From Acidimicrobiales bacterium (GTDB taxonomy: Bacteria > Actinomycetota > Acidimicrobiia > Acidimicrobiales > Bog-793): DNA of 64,000 nt. How positions within the stretch are numbered: the first letter of the stretch is position 1; the number at the start of each line of letters is the position of its first letter. The translations under genes and the position numbers were made by a program. Location: positions 2,473-66,472 of the forward strand of contig JBEKMC010000005.1 in NCBI GenBank assembly GCA_050008715.1, read 5' to 3'. Below are positions 19,209 to 29,568 of this stretch, piece by piece. The notes beneath the pieces are model-generated. The model ran no database searches and had not been told where the DNA came from. It saw nothing but the letters and a program-made list of their open reading frames with translations.

Positions 19209-21067
19209 GAACCCATGATGCGCTTCATCTGCTCAGACAAAAGGGTGGCGAACGAAGAGCGGGAGGCGGAACCGACGCCCGTGTCGGTGCTGAGCACCTC
19301 GCGCATCTGCCCGGACGCATCGATGATGTAGGCGATGTCGCTGTGGGCGACCATGGCGCCGGCTCCCGGCACCGCCACCTGGACCGCATAGTCGTCCCAG
19401 ATGCGGCTCAGGGCGGCGGTCGTCCCGGTCAGGTACAGCCAATTGCTGAGGTGCTCGAGGCCCTCCTGCCGGTCGAAGGCCACCGTGAAGGCCGTGGCCC
19501 GGTAGATCGGGTTGGCGACGACCGCGACGAAGACCGTGCGGCTGGCGGCCGAGCCCAGCATCGAGTCCGCCTCCTTGAACTCCTGCGCGATCAGCGGGCA
19601 GTCCGACGTGCACACGGGATCGAGGAAGGTCAGTGCGACGGTCCTGCCACGGAGGCCGGCGAGCGAGACCGCCTGCCCGCTCTGGTCGACGAGCTGGAAA
19701 CCTGGCGCCGGCAAGTCGACCACGTTCGGGTTGCCGTCGACGGCGAGGGCGAGAATTGGATCGGCGTTCGGGTTGGCGGAGGCAGCCGCCATCGGAGCCG
19801 CCCCGAGCACGAGCAGTGCCAGCGCCCCGACCGACGCCGCCACCCGAAGTACATAGGAGGGCCGGACGCCGGCGGGCACTCGTATCCGATCGCGCCAGCT
19901 CGCGCGAGCGACCGGCTCCGTGGAGAGAACCACCTCCGGCTCGGCCACGGCCGGCGCCGTCACCGCGACCGGTACCCGCACGAGCGCGACGTACCCACTG
20001 ACGAGAACGAGCATCATCGGCAGCATGCTGTTGGGGTCGGTCCCCACACCACCGAGGAACCCGAGATCCTCGACCAGCACCCAATCCGCCAGCCCGAGGA
20101 TCACTGCAGCGATGACCGCAAATCGAGCCAGGTCCGGTCGACCCGTGGAGAGGACGAGGCCCATGGACGCCAACACGGCGACCACGAAGAGGTTGACCGC
20201 CCAGCCGTGAGCCGCGTCGAGCGAGCCGAACGACCCGAGCACGGAGGACATCGTGTGCGGCTGTGAGGTGAGCGCCATCTGGCGGACCATCCCGAGCAGC
20301 GCGCCCGAATGCCCGTTACCGGCCGCCCCGCGCCAGAAACCACGATCCGGCCATGCCTGAAGGACCGCCATCCCGGCGAAGAAGACCCCGAAGGCTCGCA
20401 GCAGCCGGCGACCAAGGGCGGGCGACGCCCAGGCTCGTTCGGGCAGTGCCAGCAGTGCCCCCGCCAAGCAATAGAAGAGTGCAGCACCCGGTGCCCCGAA
20501 CAGCCAGGACAGCCCGGGCGCAAAGATGCCCCCGAAGGCTTCCCCGAAGACCCACACCACGAGCCCCCAGCCGAGCGAGGCCGCTCCGGCGAAGCGCGTC
20601 CAGCGACCGCGCGGGGCGACGAGCAGCAGGACGCCGAGGGCGATCTGGATCCACACGGTAGAGACGGCTGCCTCGACGGGGTGGTTCGTCCAGGTGGTCA
20701 CGCCGAAGTTCACAAGATGCTGCACCCAGGACGGCGACGTGGCAGACGCCGGCTGGAGGACGCTCGAAGGCAGCCCGAGGGGCATGTCAGGCTGGATCTG
20801 TAGGACACCGTCCACGATCCAGAGCACGGCGAAGCCGATCCGCAAGACCCGCCGTGCAAGCGGTTCGGGATCGCTGGGCGGCACGTCCACCGGCTCGGCG
20901 TCGCCGTCGAGCAGGCGCCGGATTTGCGTCATCCGCACGACGCTCGATCCGAGGAGGAACACGCTGAGAACCACGCCGACGACAAGGAGTTGGTGCATCA
21001 GCAAGGAGTGGAAGGCCGCGATCACGACGGGATTGTTCGCCTGAAGGTGGCGCCCCATCCCTGTCAC
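19205..21067 (-). CDS. Multi-TM membrane domain fused to C-terminal SCO domain
   Basis: About 9 TM segments then FQLVDQ, CTSDC (CxxxC), AHSD. Confidence 0.85.
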   Translation of the reverse strand: MTGMGRHLQANNPVVIAAFHSLLMHQLLVVGVVLSVFLLGSSVVRMTQIRRLLDGDAEPVDVPPSDPEPLARRVLRIGFAVLWIVDGVLQIQPDMPLGLPSSVLQPASATSPSWVQHLVNFGVTTWTNHPVEAAVSTVWIQIALGVLLLVAPRGRWTRFAGAASLGWGLVVWVFGEAFGGIFAPGLSWLFGAPGAALFYCLAGALLALPERAWASPALGRRLLRAFGVFFAGMAVLQAWPDRGFWRGAAGNGHSGALLGMVRQMALTSQPHTMSSVLGSFGSLDAAHGWAVNLFVVAVLASMGLVLSTGRPDLARFAVIAAVILGLADWVLVEDLGFLGGVGTDPNSMLPMMLVLVSGYVALVRVPVAVTAPAVAEPEVVLSTEPVARASWRDRIRVPAGVRPSYVLRVAASVGALALLVLGAAPMAAASANPNADPILALAVDGNPNVVDLPAPGFQLVDQSGQAVSLAGLRGRTVALTFLDPVCTSDCPLIAQEFKEADSMLGSAASRTVFVAVVANPIYRATAFTVAFDRQEGLEHLSNWLYLTGTTAALSRIWDDYAVQVAVPGAGAMVAHSDIAYIIDASGQMREVLSTDTGVGSASRSSFATLLSEQMKRIMGS

Positions 21068-21424
21068 GTGATCCTCGCCTCCTTTTCACTGCCTGCTGGT
21101 CAGTGTCGCAGCGCCGGCGGCGATCATCGCACAAGAAATTGTTCGCAATCACGCACCACCCGAAGCGTCCCGGGGCCTCATGGTCCAGGTCGGAAGCGCC
21201 GATACATTCTGTATGAGATGCAACGTTCGCGCCCTGCGCACCTCCACGCGCCAGCGGCGCATCGACGTCACGCCTCGAGAGCGCACCGACGTCGCCCGAC
21301 CGGGGCGCGGGTCGACACCGCCTGTCCAGCTGAGATGAACGGACTGACTCGGCCGGGACGCGACCTCTGGGCTCGGCCGTTCGGCGACGCCGTCGCGGAC
21401 GCCGCACGCATCGTTCGATCGAGG

Positions 21425-23083
21425 GTGAACAAGGCGGTGCGAACGCTCGGAGGGGCCGAGGGCGTGCGCCGACACGTGCCCTGGTTGCTCGCCCCCGTCC
21501 TCGCTGCGTCACTGGCCGGTGTCGCGTTGACCAGCGGGAGCACAGCTACGGCGAGCGGGGCGGGTTTGCTCGACGGTGGCGCCCTCTCGGCGATGTCGGC
21601 CGGCGCTCGTGCGGGGCAAGCTCCTGCGGTCTTGCCGTATCGACCGCTGCCGGCAGGCCGCTCCGCCACCCTTGGGAAAGTCCCCTTCGCCGCCACTCCT
21701 CCACCGCACCGCAAGCGGGGAGAGAAGATCCCGGCAGGCGCCACGGACGGTGTGCCCGCCGTTGCGATCGCTGCGTACGAGCACGCTCAGGCCGTTCTCT
21801 CCTTGACAGATCCGAGCTGCCACCTCGAATGGGAAGACGTCGCCGGCATCGGTCGGGTCGAGTCGGACAACGGGCAGACGTGGGGCGCTTCGGCACGGAT
21901 CACGAGCAGCGGGACGCTCTTCCCGCCCATCTTCGGGATTCCCCTCAACGGGCTCAACGGCACGCCCGCGATGCGCGCGCCCGGCGGTGGCTGGGTACGC
22001 GCCGAGGGCCCGATGCAGTTCCTGCCGGCCACGTGGGCGGAGTACGCCCAGGACGGGAACGGCGACGGCCAGCGCAACCCCCAGAACTTCTACGACGCCG
22101 CCCTGACCACGGGCGTGTTCCTGTGCGCCAACGGTGGCAACCTCAGCACACGCGCCGGCCTCGGCGCAGCCATCCTCGCCTACAACCACTCCTCTGCCTA
22201 TCAATCCCTCGTCGAGTCCTGGATCTCGTTCTACTCGCACGTCGGAGTCCAAGCCCTCCGGGTCGCGGGCAGCGGGCTGCTGCCGACAGGATCACCGACG
22301 ACGCACCGTGCGCAGCCCACACCGACAGCGGCCGCCGAGGTCGCCGAGGCAGCGTCGGCCTCGCAAGCCACGGGTTCCTATTCGTTCACTCTGCGCGTCC
22401 TGGCGGGCTCGTCGGAGGTCACGACGGGAAGCGGTGCGGTCGACACCCACAACGGAAGCGGCTGGCTCCAGTTCCGAATTCCTACCTCGGGCACGCTTCA
22501 ACTTCGACTCGTCGACGGGCAGACGTACCTCTCGCTCCCTACCGCCCTTGCCGCCGAAGTCGGTGCCACGAGTCCGTGGATCGTCGCGACGCCGGCGGTG
22601 CTCGCCCTGCTCCCTTCGTCGCTCGCCCGGGGCTTGGAGGTGGCGTCGGCGGACCTGAGCTGGCTCGCGGGCCAGCTGACGGGAGCCTTCGACCTGCGCG
22701 TGATCGGGCACGGCCGCAGCGACGGCGCAGCTTCGACGGAGTACGCCGGACGCACCAACCTGGCGGTGGCAGCCAGCCGTCTGACCGATTCCTCAGCTGA
22801 TCTCGGACGCGTGGCCACGTTGGTGAGATCGTGGCGCCTCGGAGTCGAGACCTGGGTGAGCCTGCACCGGATCCGGGCAGCGGTGATCTCGCTAGGCCCT
22901 GTCTTCTCCGGGCTCGGACCGATCAGCCTGCACGTCGCCTTCGGCGGCTACGGGCAACGCGTGAACGTGGTGGCCCCCTCGACGACCACGACGACGACCA
23001 CGACCACGACCACGACGACCACGACCTCGACCTCCACCACGACGACGACCACGATCCCGCCGTCGCCCTCCCTGGCGCCGTGA
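21425..23083 (+). CDS. Lytic transglycosylase (SLT-type) with C-terminal LppX/LolA-like domain and Thr-rich tail
   Basis: GRVES catalytic Glu, GPMQFLPATW, DGNGDG, AYNHS; start uncertain (21335-21476). Confidence 0.8.
   Translation: MNKAVRTLGGAEGVRRHVPWLLAPVLAASLAGVALTSGSTATASGAGLLDGGALSAMSAGARAGQAPAVLPYRPLPAGRSATLGKVPFAATPPPHRKRGEKIPAGATDGVPAVAIAAYEHAQAVLSLTDPSCHLEWEDVAGIGRVESDNGQTWGASARITSSGTLFPPIFGIPLNGLNGTPAMRAPGGGWVRAEGPMQFLPATWAEYAQDGNGDGQRNPQNFYDAALTTGVFLCANGGNLSTRAGLGAAILAYNHSSAYQSLVESWISFYSHVGVQALRVAGSGLLPTGSPTTHRAQPTPTAAAEVAEAASASQATGSYSFTLRVLAGSSEVTTGSGAVDTHNGSGWLQFRIPTSGTLQLRLVDGQTYLSLPTALAAEVGATSPWIVATPAVLALLPSSLARGLEVASADLSWLAGQLTGAFDLRVIGHGRSDGAASTEYAGRTNLAVAASRLTDSSADLGRVATLVRSWRLGVETWVSLHRIRAAVISLGPVFSGLGPISLHVAFGGYGQRVNVVAPSTTTTTTTTTTTTTTTSTSTTTTTTIPPSPSLAP
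22982..23053 (+). repeat. ACG/ACC low-complexity tract encoding poly-Thr
   Basis: Visible (ACG/ACC)n run. Confidence 0.9.
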
Positions 23084-23172
23084 GCGACGAGGTCCTCGAG
23101 AGCGTCCCGCTCGGGATGCGGTGGGCGACGGTCGACCCGTGTCTGTTCTGCGTCCACCACCTCGACCGGTAT
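23080..23172 (+). pseudogene. N-terminal remnant of a pirin-family gene
   Basis: GTG overlapping upstream stop; VSDEVLESVPLGMRWATVDPCLFCVHHLDRY resembles the pirin N-terminus (PLG..W.T.DPFLFCVHH.D.Y), then similarity ends. Confidence 0.6.
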
Positions 23173-23254
23173 GGCACGCGATGTTCCGCCACCTCGATCA
23201 TTGCGCCTATTGCTATGGTATTACTAGCTACAGAACCCCGACGACGGGATCGGC

Positions 23255-24226
23255 ATGTCACTTCCAGACTTCTTTGTCATCGGGGCGCCAAAGGCGGGCA
23301 CGACGGCGCTGCACGTGGCCTTGTCCGAGCATCCTTCCGTCTTCATGTCGCCGGTGAAAGAGCCGAAATTCTTCCTCTGCGACGGCCCACCTCCGCGCAA
23401 CGGTGGGCCAGGGGACGCGCACAGCTATCGAGAGTGGATCTGGCGGCAGGCTGACTACGAGGCCCTCTTCGATGCGGCGCCGGCAGGCACGATCCGCGGC
23501 GAGAGCACACCGTTCTACCTCTCAGATCTCTCGTCCCACGACCAGATTCACCGGCTCGTGCCGAACGCTCGCCTGATCGCGCTCCTGCGCGACCCCGTCG
23601 ATCGGGCTTACTCGAACTGGGCTCATCTGTGGGCCGACGGCCTGGAACCGATCAGCGACTTCGTGCAGGCATGCGCGGCCGAACCCGAGCGCCTGGCAGC
23701 CGGATGGGCGCCCTTCTGGCGTTATCGCTCGACAGGTCTCTACGGACAGCAGATCACGCACTTGCTCAGTGTGTTCCCGCGGGAACAAGTGCTCCTGCTG
23801 CGTTACAAGTACCTCGTCGACGAGCCGAGGGCTGCGTTGGACGACGTCTGTGGTTTCCTCGGGATCGAGCAGGGTGTTCTCGTCGACATACCGCCCCACA
23901 ACGTCGGAACCTACGTTCCGCCCACCGTGTACGACCGCTCCTTGAGAAGAATCTTCCGCGTGGGCGCGGCCCTCGGATCCAACTTCCCGCCAGAGGTCTG
24001 GCGTCGGGCCAGCCTGCCACTGCTGTGGCTCATCCAGCGGCGTCCCGAACACAGGCCGGAACTGTCAGAGGAAGCCCGGGCGGCGCTGACCGAGTACTTC
24101 GCCGACGACGTCGCCGTGGTCGAGCAGCTGACGGGCTGGGATCTCGGCGAATGGCTCAGTCACCGCCAGGGCAGCACGTACTCGGTTCGTAAGTCATGGG
24201 CTCCGTCACGGCGGGTGGCTTCGTAG
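23255..24226 (+). CDS. PAPS-dependent sulfotransferase
   Basis: [10 protein letters not shown] 5'-[26 protein letters not shown] 3'-PB. Confidence 0.92.
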   Translation: MSLPDFFVIGAPKAGTTALHVALSEHPSVFMSPVKEPKFFLCDGPPPRNGGPGDAHSYREWIWRQADYEALFDAAPAGTIRGESTPFYLSDLSSHDQIHRLVPNARLIALLRDPVDRAYSNWAHLWADGLEPISDFVQACAAEPERLAAGWAPFWRYRSTGLYGQQITHLLSVFPREQVLLLRYKYLVDEPRAALDDVCGFLGIEQGVLVDIPPHNVGTYVPPTVYDRSLRRIFRVGAALGSNFPPEVWRRASLPLLWLIQRRPEHRPELSEEARAALTEYFADDVAVVEQLTGWDLGEWLSHRQGSTYSVRKSWAPSRRVAS

Positions 24227-25083
24227 TAGAGACGCCTTCCCCCAGCGGGAAGATCGACGAACGACAGGTACCGGAGCGAGCCGCTCCCATGCGGCGAGAC
24301 GCCGACAGGGCCGCCCGGCACTGCCGTGAGACGGCCTGGCGAGCTCCCGATTGCGATACCAGTCAGCTCCTCGGCATTGTCGCTGGCGGTAGCCCGTCCG
24401 TCGTAGTAGGCGACCGTCCGCTCGTCGTCGATCTCGACGGCGGTCACACGAGCGCCGCGCTCGTCCCACTCGCCCAGCGTGCCCGCGAGGGCGACGCCGT
24501 GAACGTCCCAATCGAGACCGTCCCTGCTCGTGGCATACGCAGTGGCCATCCGATCGGCATCGGAGTCGCGCTCGAGGGGATGACGGCACAGCCACATCTG
24601 CCAGCCTGACTCCGACGCGAGGACGACGGGATCCTTCACGCCAAAGTCCCGGTCTCCCGGCAGCACGGTCCTGGCGCCGCGCGCATCGAAACCCGCCGGC
24701 TCCTCCGCGTCGATGGCCACCACCTTCCAGTGCTTGGTGCCGGGAGTAGCACAGCTCACGTAGATCCTCCAGCCGCCGTCCGGAATCCGCACGAGTGCCG
24801 GTCGCTCCAACGACTCGGCCGCGAACGAGGAGCACTCGAGCGTGACCACCGTCGTGAAGTCGACTCCGTCGTCGGAACGGGCCACGACGTTGGCGTAGCC
24901 GCGACCTTCTCCGACCGGCCGCCGTAAGCGGTAGGCAAGATAAATGGCGCCGTCGTCTCCGAGGGCGGCACTCGGACCGCCGGCCCAGAACCCGGGCCCA
25001 GGCCCGGGCGACTCGACGACGACGGCGGATTCCGCGTACGCCGGCAACCGGAGTTCGCTACCGTCGAGCGAGCGCAACATCAC
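24160..25083 (-). CDS. Five-bladed beta-propeller glycoside hydrolase-like protein
   Basis: [33 protein letters not shown] blade motifs. Confidence 0.7.
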   Translation of the reverse strand: MMLRSLDGSELRLPAYAESAVVVESPGPGPGFWAGGPSAALGDDGAIYLAYRLRRPVGEGRGYANVVARSDDGVDFTTVVTLECSSFAAESLERPALVRIPDGGWRIYVSCATPGTKHWKVVAIDAEEPAGFDARGARTVLPGDRDFGVKDPVVLASESGWQMWLCRHPLERDSDADRMATAYATSRDGLDWDVHGVALAGTLGEWDERGARVTAVEIDDERTVAYYDGRATASDNAEELTGIAIGSSPGRLTAVPGGPVGVSPHGSGSLRYLSFVDLPAGGRRLYYEATRRDGAHDLRTEYVLPWR

Positions 25084-25234
25084 GCCACATTATCGGCTAC
25101 ATGCGTCGATTAACTGCTGATTGAGGTGAGGGCGAGGCCCGAGCCAGGCTGGCGGGATTTGCCCTACTCCGGACTCAACTAATGTTCAGCCCATCGCTGG
25201 CGCGGGGGCGCCTCCCGAGGGGAATAGGAGCGCC

Positions 25235-27541
25235 GTGATGACGAATAGCAAGCTCGGAGTCTGCGTGGCCGCATGCGCACTCATAGCGACGATGCTGCTT
25301 GCGGTTGCGGCGCCGGCGGCGCTGGCCGGTGGCGGCTGGGTGACGCAAGTGGACTACCCGCCCGCCTTCACGACGATCTGGGCGATCTCCTGCCCGAGCG
25401 CGACACACTGCGTGCTCGTCGGCGACGAAGCCGACCTAGTGGCTGCGGTCGCGATCGGGAGTGGAAGCTCGTGGACACGGGGCACCCTTCCGGCAGGCGT
25501 GAGCCAGTTGTTCGCGGTGTCGTGCCCCTCGGTGAAGGTGTGCGTCGCCGGTGGCAACACCTTCAGTCGTGAGACCGGCAGCAGCCCCGTCATCATCTAC
25601 AGCGCCAACGGGGGCGCCACCTGGGCCATCGCCGCCGTCCCCGCCGGCCTCGGCGGGCAGTCGACGGTGTCGTGCTCGTCAGCCTCCGATTGCCTAGCCG
25701 GCGGCGGCGGCACGACCCTGTATGTGACTTCGGACGGCGGCAAGAAGTGGAGCGCGCAGGCCGGGCCGGCCGGCGCGACCCAGGTGTTCCAGCTGTCATG
25801 TCCGGCCGGCAGCTCCACCTGCGTGGGAGTAGGCGCCAACGGGACCGAGCAGCCGCAGATCCTCGTGTACTCGAACAAGAAGTGGAAAGCCACGCTCTAT
25901 CCCGCGGCCGAGGCCGCCCTGAAGAGCGTGGACTGCACGTCGTCGAGTGATTGCGTCATCGTTGGCGGCTCGTCGCCGGCGCTCATCCTCACGACGACGA
26001 ACGGTGGCACGACGTGGAAGCCGGACAAGGTCCCGAGCGGGATCTCGCAGCTGTCCGGGGTGTCGTGCGTGTCGGCGAGCGCCTGCGTGGGCGTGGGTCA
26101 AGGCATCGGGGTGGCCGGCGCCGTGACCGGCAGCATTTCGACCGGCACGTTCGTTGCTGCGGTGCCGCCGGCGGGATATGGGGATCTGACCGGGGTTTCG
26201 TGTGTGAGCGGATCGGCTGCCTGCACCTCCCTCGGCGTCGTCGGCACGTCGGTGGCACCCGCCGTGGCAACCTCGACGGACTCCGGCGCGAAGTGGACCG
26301 CTGAGTCCCTACCGCCGGCACCCTTCCCGTTGTCGTCGGTCTCCTGTGGAGCAGCCGCTCACTGCGTCGCCGTCGGCACCGGCCCGACCGGCGGAGTCGT
26401 CGAGTCGACAAGCAACGGTGGTGCCCTCTGGACGACACACGTGATCACGGCCATCACCTCTCTCTCGTCGGTCACGTGCTCGTCGGCCACCGACTGTGAG
26501 GCCGTCGGTACCGGCAAGTTCGGCGGCCAGTTCCTCGTCACGACGAACGGCGGCTCCACCTGGACGATGAGCATCTTGACGGGTCCGACGACCATGGATC
26601 AGCCGCTCGTCATCTCCTGCCCGACGACGTCCCATTGCGTCGTTCTCGGAGCCATCACCCCGGCTGTGCCGCCGGATCTGACGACGTTCTCCACGATCGA
26701 CGGCGGCAAGAACTGGACCGGCACGGGCACATCCCTCGTCGACGACGCCTTGAACGGCCTCTCCTGCTCGTCGGTGTCCGACTGTGTCATGGTCGGCAAC
26801 GGCGGCACCGAGGGCGGCGCCTACATCCTGCGGACCACGACGTTCGGTACCAACTGGACGAGCGAGCCGGTGCCCACGAGCCCGACGCTCTTCATGAGCC
26901 TGGCGAGCGTGTCGTGTGCCTCGACGAGCGATTGCGTGGTCGTCGGCGCTGCCCAGCAGAATGACGTCCTGACGACGTCCAACGGCGGTACGAGCTGGAA
27001 AGAGAAGCCGTACTCCCCGTCGGTCAACGACAGTCTGTACGACGTCTCGTGCCGCTCGACAGCGGACTGCGTGATGGTCGGCATCGACAACCTCGGTCTC
27101 GAACCGGGTGCTATCGAGACGAGCACGAACGGTGGCGCCAGCTGGGTGACTGCGGCTGCCCCGAGCACGAGCTTCAAGCTCCTCAGCGTCGCCTGCTGGT
27201 CGGCGACCGCATGCGTGGCGGTCGGGGAAGACTCGACGCAGCACGGTTCGATCATCATCTCGTCCGTCGCTCCCGTGCCGCCGCTGAAGATCACGACGGC
27301 CTCTCTGGCATCGGGCACGGTCGGCAAGGCGTACAAGGCGACGATGAAGGCGTCCGGTGGGACGGCGCCCTATACGTGGAAGGTCAGCGTCGGCAAGCCG
27401 CCCTCCGGTCTAGCGCTCTCAGCTGCCGGCGTCTGGAGCGGCAAGCCCAAGAAGGCCGGCAAGTACTCGTTCACTCTGCAAGTGACCGACAAGACCGGCA
27501 AGAAGCTGGCAAAGGCGTTCACGATCGTCATCGCCAAGTAG
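25235..27541 (+). CDS. Secreted Cys-repeat/BNR beta-propeller protein with C-terminal Ig-like domain
   Basis: Signal peptide; 14 xSC..xCxxxG repeats interleaved with Asp-boxes (TxNGGxTW); GGTAPYTW Ig domain. Confidence 0.85.
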   Translation: MMTNSKLGVCVAACALIATMLLAVAAPAALAGGGWVTQVDYPPAFTTIWAISCPSATHCVLVGDEADLVAAVAIGSGSSWTRGTLPAGVSQLFAVSCPSVKVCVAGGNTFSRETGSSPVIIYSANGGATWAIAAVPAGLGGQSTVSCSSASDCLAGGGGTTLYVTSDGGKKWSAQAGPAGATQVFQLSCPAGSSTCVGVGANGTEQPQILVYSNKKWKATLYPAAEAALKSVDCTSSSDCVIVGGSSPALILTTTNGGTTWKPDKVPSGISQLSGVSCVSASACVGVGQGIGVAGAVTGSISTGTFVAAVPPAGYGDLTGVSCVSGSAACTSLGVVGTSVAPAVATSTDSGAKWTAESLPPAPFPLSSVSCGAAAHCVAVGTGPTGGVVESTSNGGALWTTHVITAITSLSSVTCSSATDCEAVGTGKFGGQFLVTTNGGSTWTMSILTGPTTMDQPLVISCPTTSHCVVLGAITPAVPPDLTTFSTIDGGKNWTGTGTSLVDDALNGLSCSSVSDCVMVGNGGTEGGAYILRTTTFGTNWTSEPVPTSPTLFMSLASVSCASTSDCVVVGAAQQNDVLTTSNGGTSWKEKPYSPSVNDSLYDVSCRSTADCVMVGIDNLGLEPGAIETSTNGGASWVTAAAPSTSFKLLSVACWSATACVAVGEDSTQHGSIIISSVAPVPPLKITTASLASGTVGKAYKATMKASGGTAPYTWKVSVGKPPSGLALSAAGVWSGKPKKAGKYSFTLQVTDKTGKKLAKAFTIVIAK

Positions 27542-27582
27542 CTCCAGGCCGTGGGGCGTCTCGCTGCTCAAGTTGGCCGGTG

Positions 27583-29127
27583 CTACGACTTCACGACGAG
27601 CGTTCCGTGAGCGGCGTAGTAGTCGGGCGCCGACACTGTGATTCCGCGCTTGCCGGGGGCGAAGCCGGCGGGGAACTTCAGCGTCACGGTGCCCAAGGCG
27701 CCGGTCTTCCCCTTCACCCCGCCGACTGAGACGATCGCGCCGGGGACGGGGTCTCCGGCGTCGGTCACCGTGAACGTCACGAGATTGGCCTTCGTGTTGG
27801 TGATACCGAGCGTCGAGGCGTGAAACGAGAGCTCTGCCATTGTTCGCATGGCGTACTCGGCAAACCTCCCCAGGGTGTTCGTGCACATCATGGCCACGTC
27901 CACCCGAGCGAAGGACCCGCTCGTGAGCGCAAGCCACCCGGGGCTTTCACAGGGCTCCTTGTAGGCCACCACGGGGCCGAAGCGCGTGTCCGCCTTGTTC
28001 GTTCGTGTCGTGTACATCTCATACGGGTATACCGAGCTCGCCCAAGCAACCCACAATCGGCCGTCGGGGCCCGCCGAGATAGCGTAATTCTCTGCGTGAG
28101 CGGAGTCCGGAACTTTGAAGGCTTTGGCGGCGCCCACCCGCCACATCCGTAGCGAGCAGACCGGCGTGTTCGTGCAGTAGAGGATCCACACACCGCCGTG
28201 GGTGTTCGTGTTCGTCACCGGCAGCTGTGAGAACACACCGATGTTGGGGGTGACTGAGGTCTCGCCCGTGCCCGGCACCTTCTGCGTAGGACTGTTCGCC
28301 GTCACGTCCTTCACGTACAAACCGGCGGCGCTCTCGTCCGGGGAGGCCGTGAGACCCCAGACGACGTAGACGTGACCGTTCCCGGACAAGTCGCTCACCT
28401 CAGAGGTCTTGGCGACGTTCGAGTATTGCGTGGCGGCAGGGACGCGGCCGTCGAGCCCGGCAGCGGGGAACGACGACGACGGCCCGATTCGGTATTGGAC
28501 ACCGTGATCGATCGGCTTCGTGTTCCAGCCTCCGCCGGGCCAAGCGGCTGAGATCACACCGCCGGGGGTATCCGTGGCGGCCACGGCGGGAATATTGCAG
28601 TTGGCGGACAGCGACCACGGCTGCAGCTTCCATCCGCTGGAGGTGAGCAGGTCGCCGATGATGCAGCCGTCATTGTACGGCTTGAGGGTGCCGCCGCCCT
28701 CGAAGACGATGAGTGGCTCCGAACCGTCGGAGATGACCGGCGGTTCAGACAGCAGCGACCCCCAATCCGAGGCGCTGAGGGCTTCTGACGGCGTTCCGAC
28801 GATCCCTTTCGCCGAGAACCCGACCGTCTCGTAGGTGAAATTGTTCTTGATGCGCCGCTGCCAGACGATGAGGGCGTTGTCCGTCGAGCTGACCCACATG
28901 GATGGCGTCGACTGCCCGGTGACAAGGTTCGCGCCCTCCGCGAGGAGCGTCCATCTTCCGGGAGCAGCGGCCAGTAGCTGGCGGTGAGCTGCACCGGCAG
29001 CCAGCCCATGTCCGGAAGCGCCGGCCGGGCCGGCGGTACCCGCGAGGCCCCCCACCGTCGCCGCCGTCGCCAGGGCGCACGCAAGAACAACGCTTCGGGC
29101 GCCTCTCCGCAGACTCTGCTTCTTCAT
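27583..29127 (-). CDS. Secreted hypothetical protein (propeller-like plus C-terminal Ig-like)
   Basis: AAAGGA RBS; MKKQSLRRG signal peptide; VTDAGDPVPGA C-terminal module. Confidence 0.75.
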   Translation of the reverse strand: MKKQSLRRGARSVVLACALATAATVGGLAGTAGPAGASGHGLAAGAAHRQLLAAAPGRWTLLAEGANLVTGQSTPSMWVSSTDNALIVWQRRIKNNFTYETVGFSAKGIVGTPSEALSASDWGSLLSEPPVISDGSEPLIVFEGGGTLKPYNDGCIIGDLLTSSGWKLQPWSLSANCNIPAVAATDTPGGVISAAWPGGGWNTKPIDHGVQYRIGPSSSFPAAGLDGRVPAATQYSNVAKTSEVSDLSGNGHVYVVWGLTASPDESAAGLYVKDVTANSPTQKVPGTGETSVTPNIGVFSQLPVTNTNTHGGVWILYCTNTPVCSLRMWRVGAAKAFKVPDSAHAENYAISAGPDGRLWVAWASSVYPYEMYTTRTNKADTRFGPVVAYKEPCESPGWLALTSGSFARVDVAMMCTNTLGRFAEYAMRTMAELSFHASTLGITNTKANLVTFTVTDAGDPVPGAIVSVGGVKGKTGALGTVTLKFPAGFAPGKRGITVSAPDYYAAHGTLVVKS

Positions 29128-29176
29128 GTCAGGTCCTTTCTCCACTGTCTCTGTGTTCGTCCGCTTGAGGCACCGC

Positions 29177-29488
29177 TCACGAAATCGGCCAGGGCGAATG
29201 GTCCGCTTCGAGGATCCGCTCGAACGGGATGGCAGCTCGTTCCGCCGCTCGGCGCACGGCCGCCTGCGAGCCGGCAAATCGGCACAGGACCACCTCGTCC
29301 TCTCGCATGAGCAGCGAGCCGAGGTAGCAGACGTCCTCGCCGGCTGCAGACAACTGGGCGGCGACCAGCACGACGCGCTCGTCGAGGACTCCGAGGTCGC
29401 GATCGCGCACTCCGGGCCAGAAACACTCCGCCACGTACTCGCTCGTCTTCGGATCGGCCACACGGGGACGGTACGGGCGCGAGCCCAT
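29177..29488 (-). CDS. Small DUF4242-like protein
   Basis: YVAECFWP..YLGSLL..DEVVLCRF..V..AAERA.IPFERI pattern. Confidence 0.65.
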   Translation of the reverse strand: MGSRPYRPRVADPKTSEYVAECFWPGVRDRDLGVLDERVVLVAAQLSAAGEDVCYLGSLLMREDEVVLCRFAGSQAAVRRAAERAAIPFERILEADHSPWPIS

Positions 29489-29568
29489 CGATTCATAGAG
29501 GGAAACCCCCCTCCAATGACACGAGGATCCTCCCGGACGCGATCGCCGGCGGGCACAAATGGCACGAT

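Noticed and set aside
22982-23053. Short tandem repeats as a CRISPR or VNTR element
   Set aside because: Simple poly-Thr codon run with no spacers or cas genes
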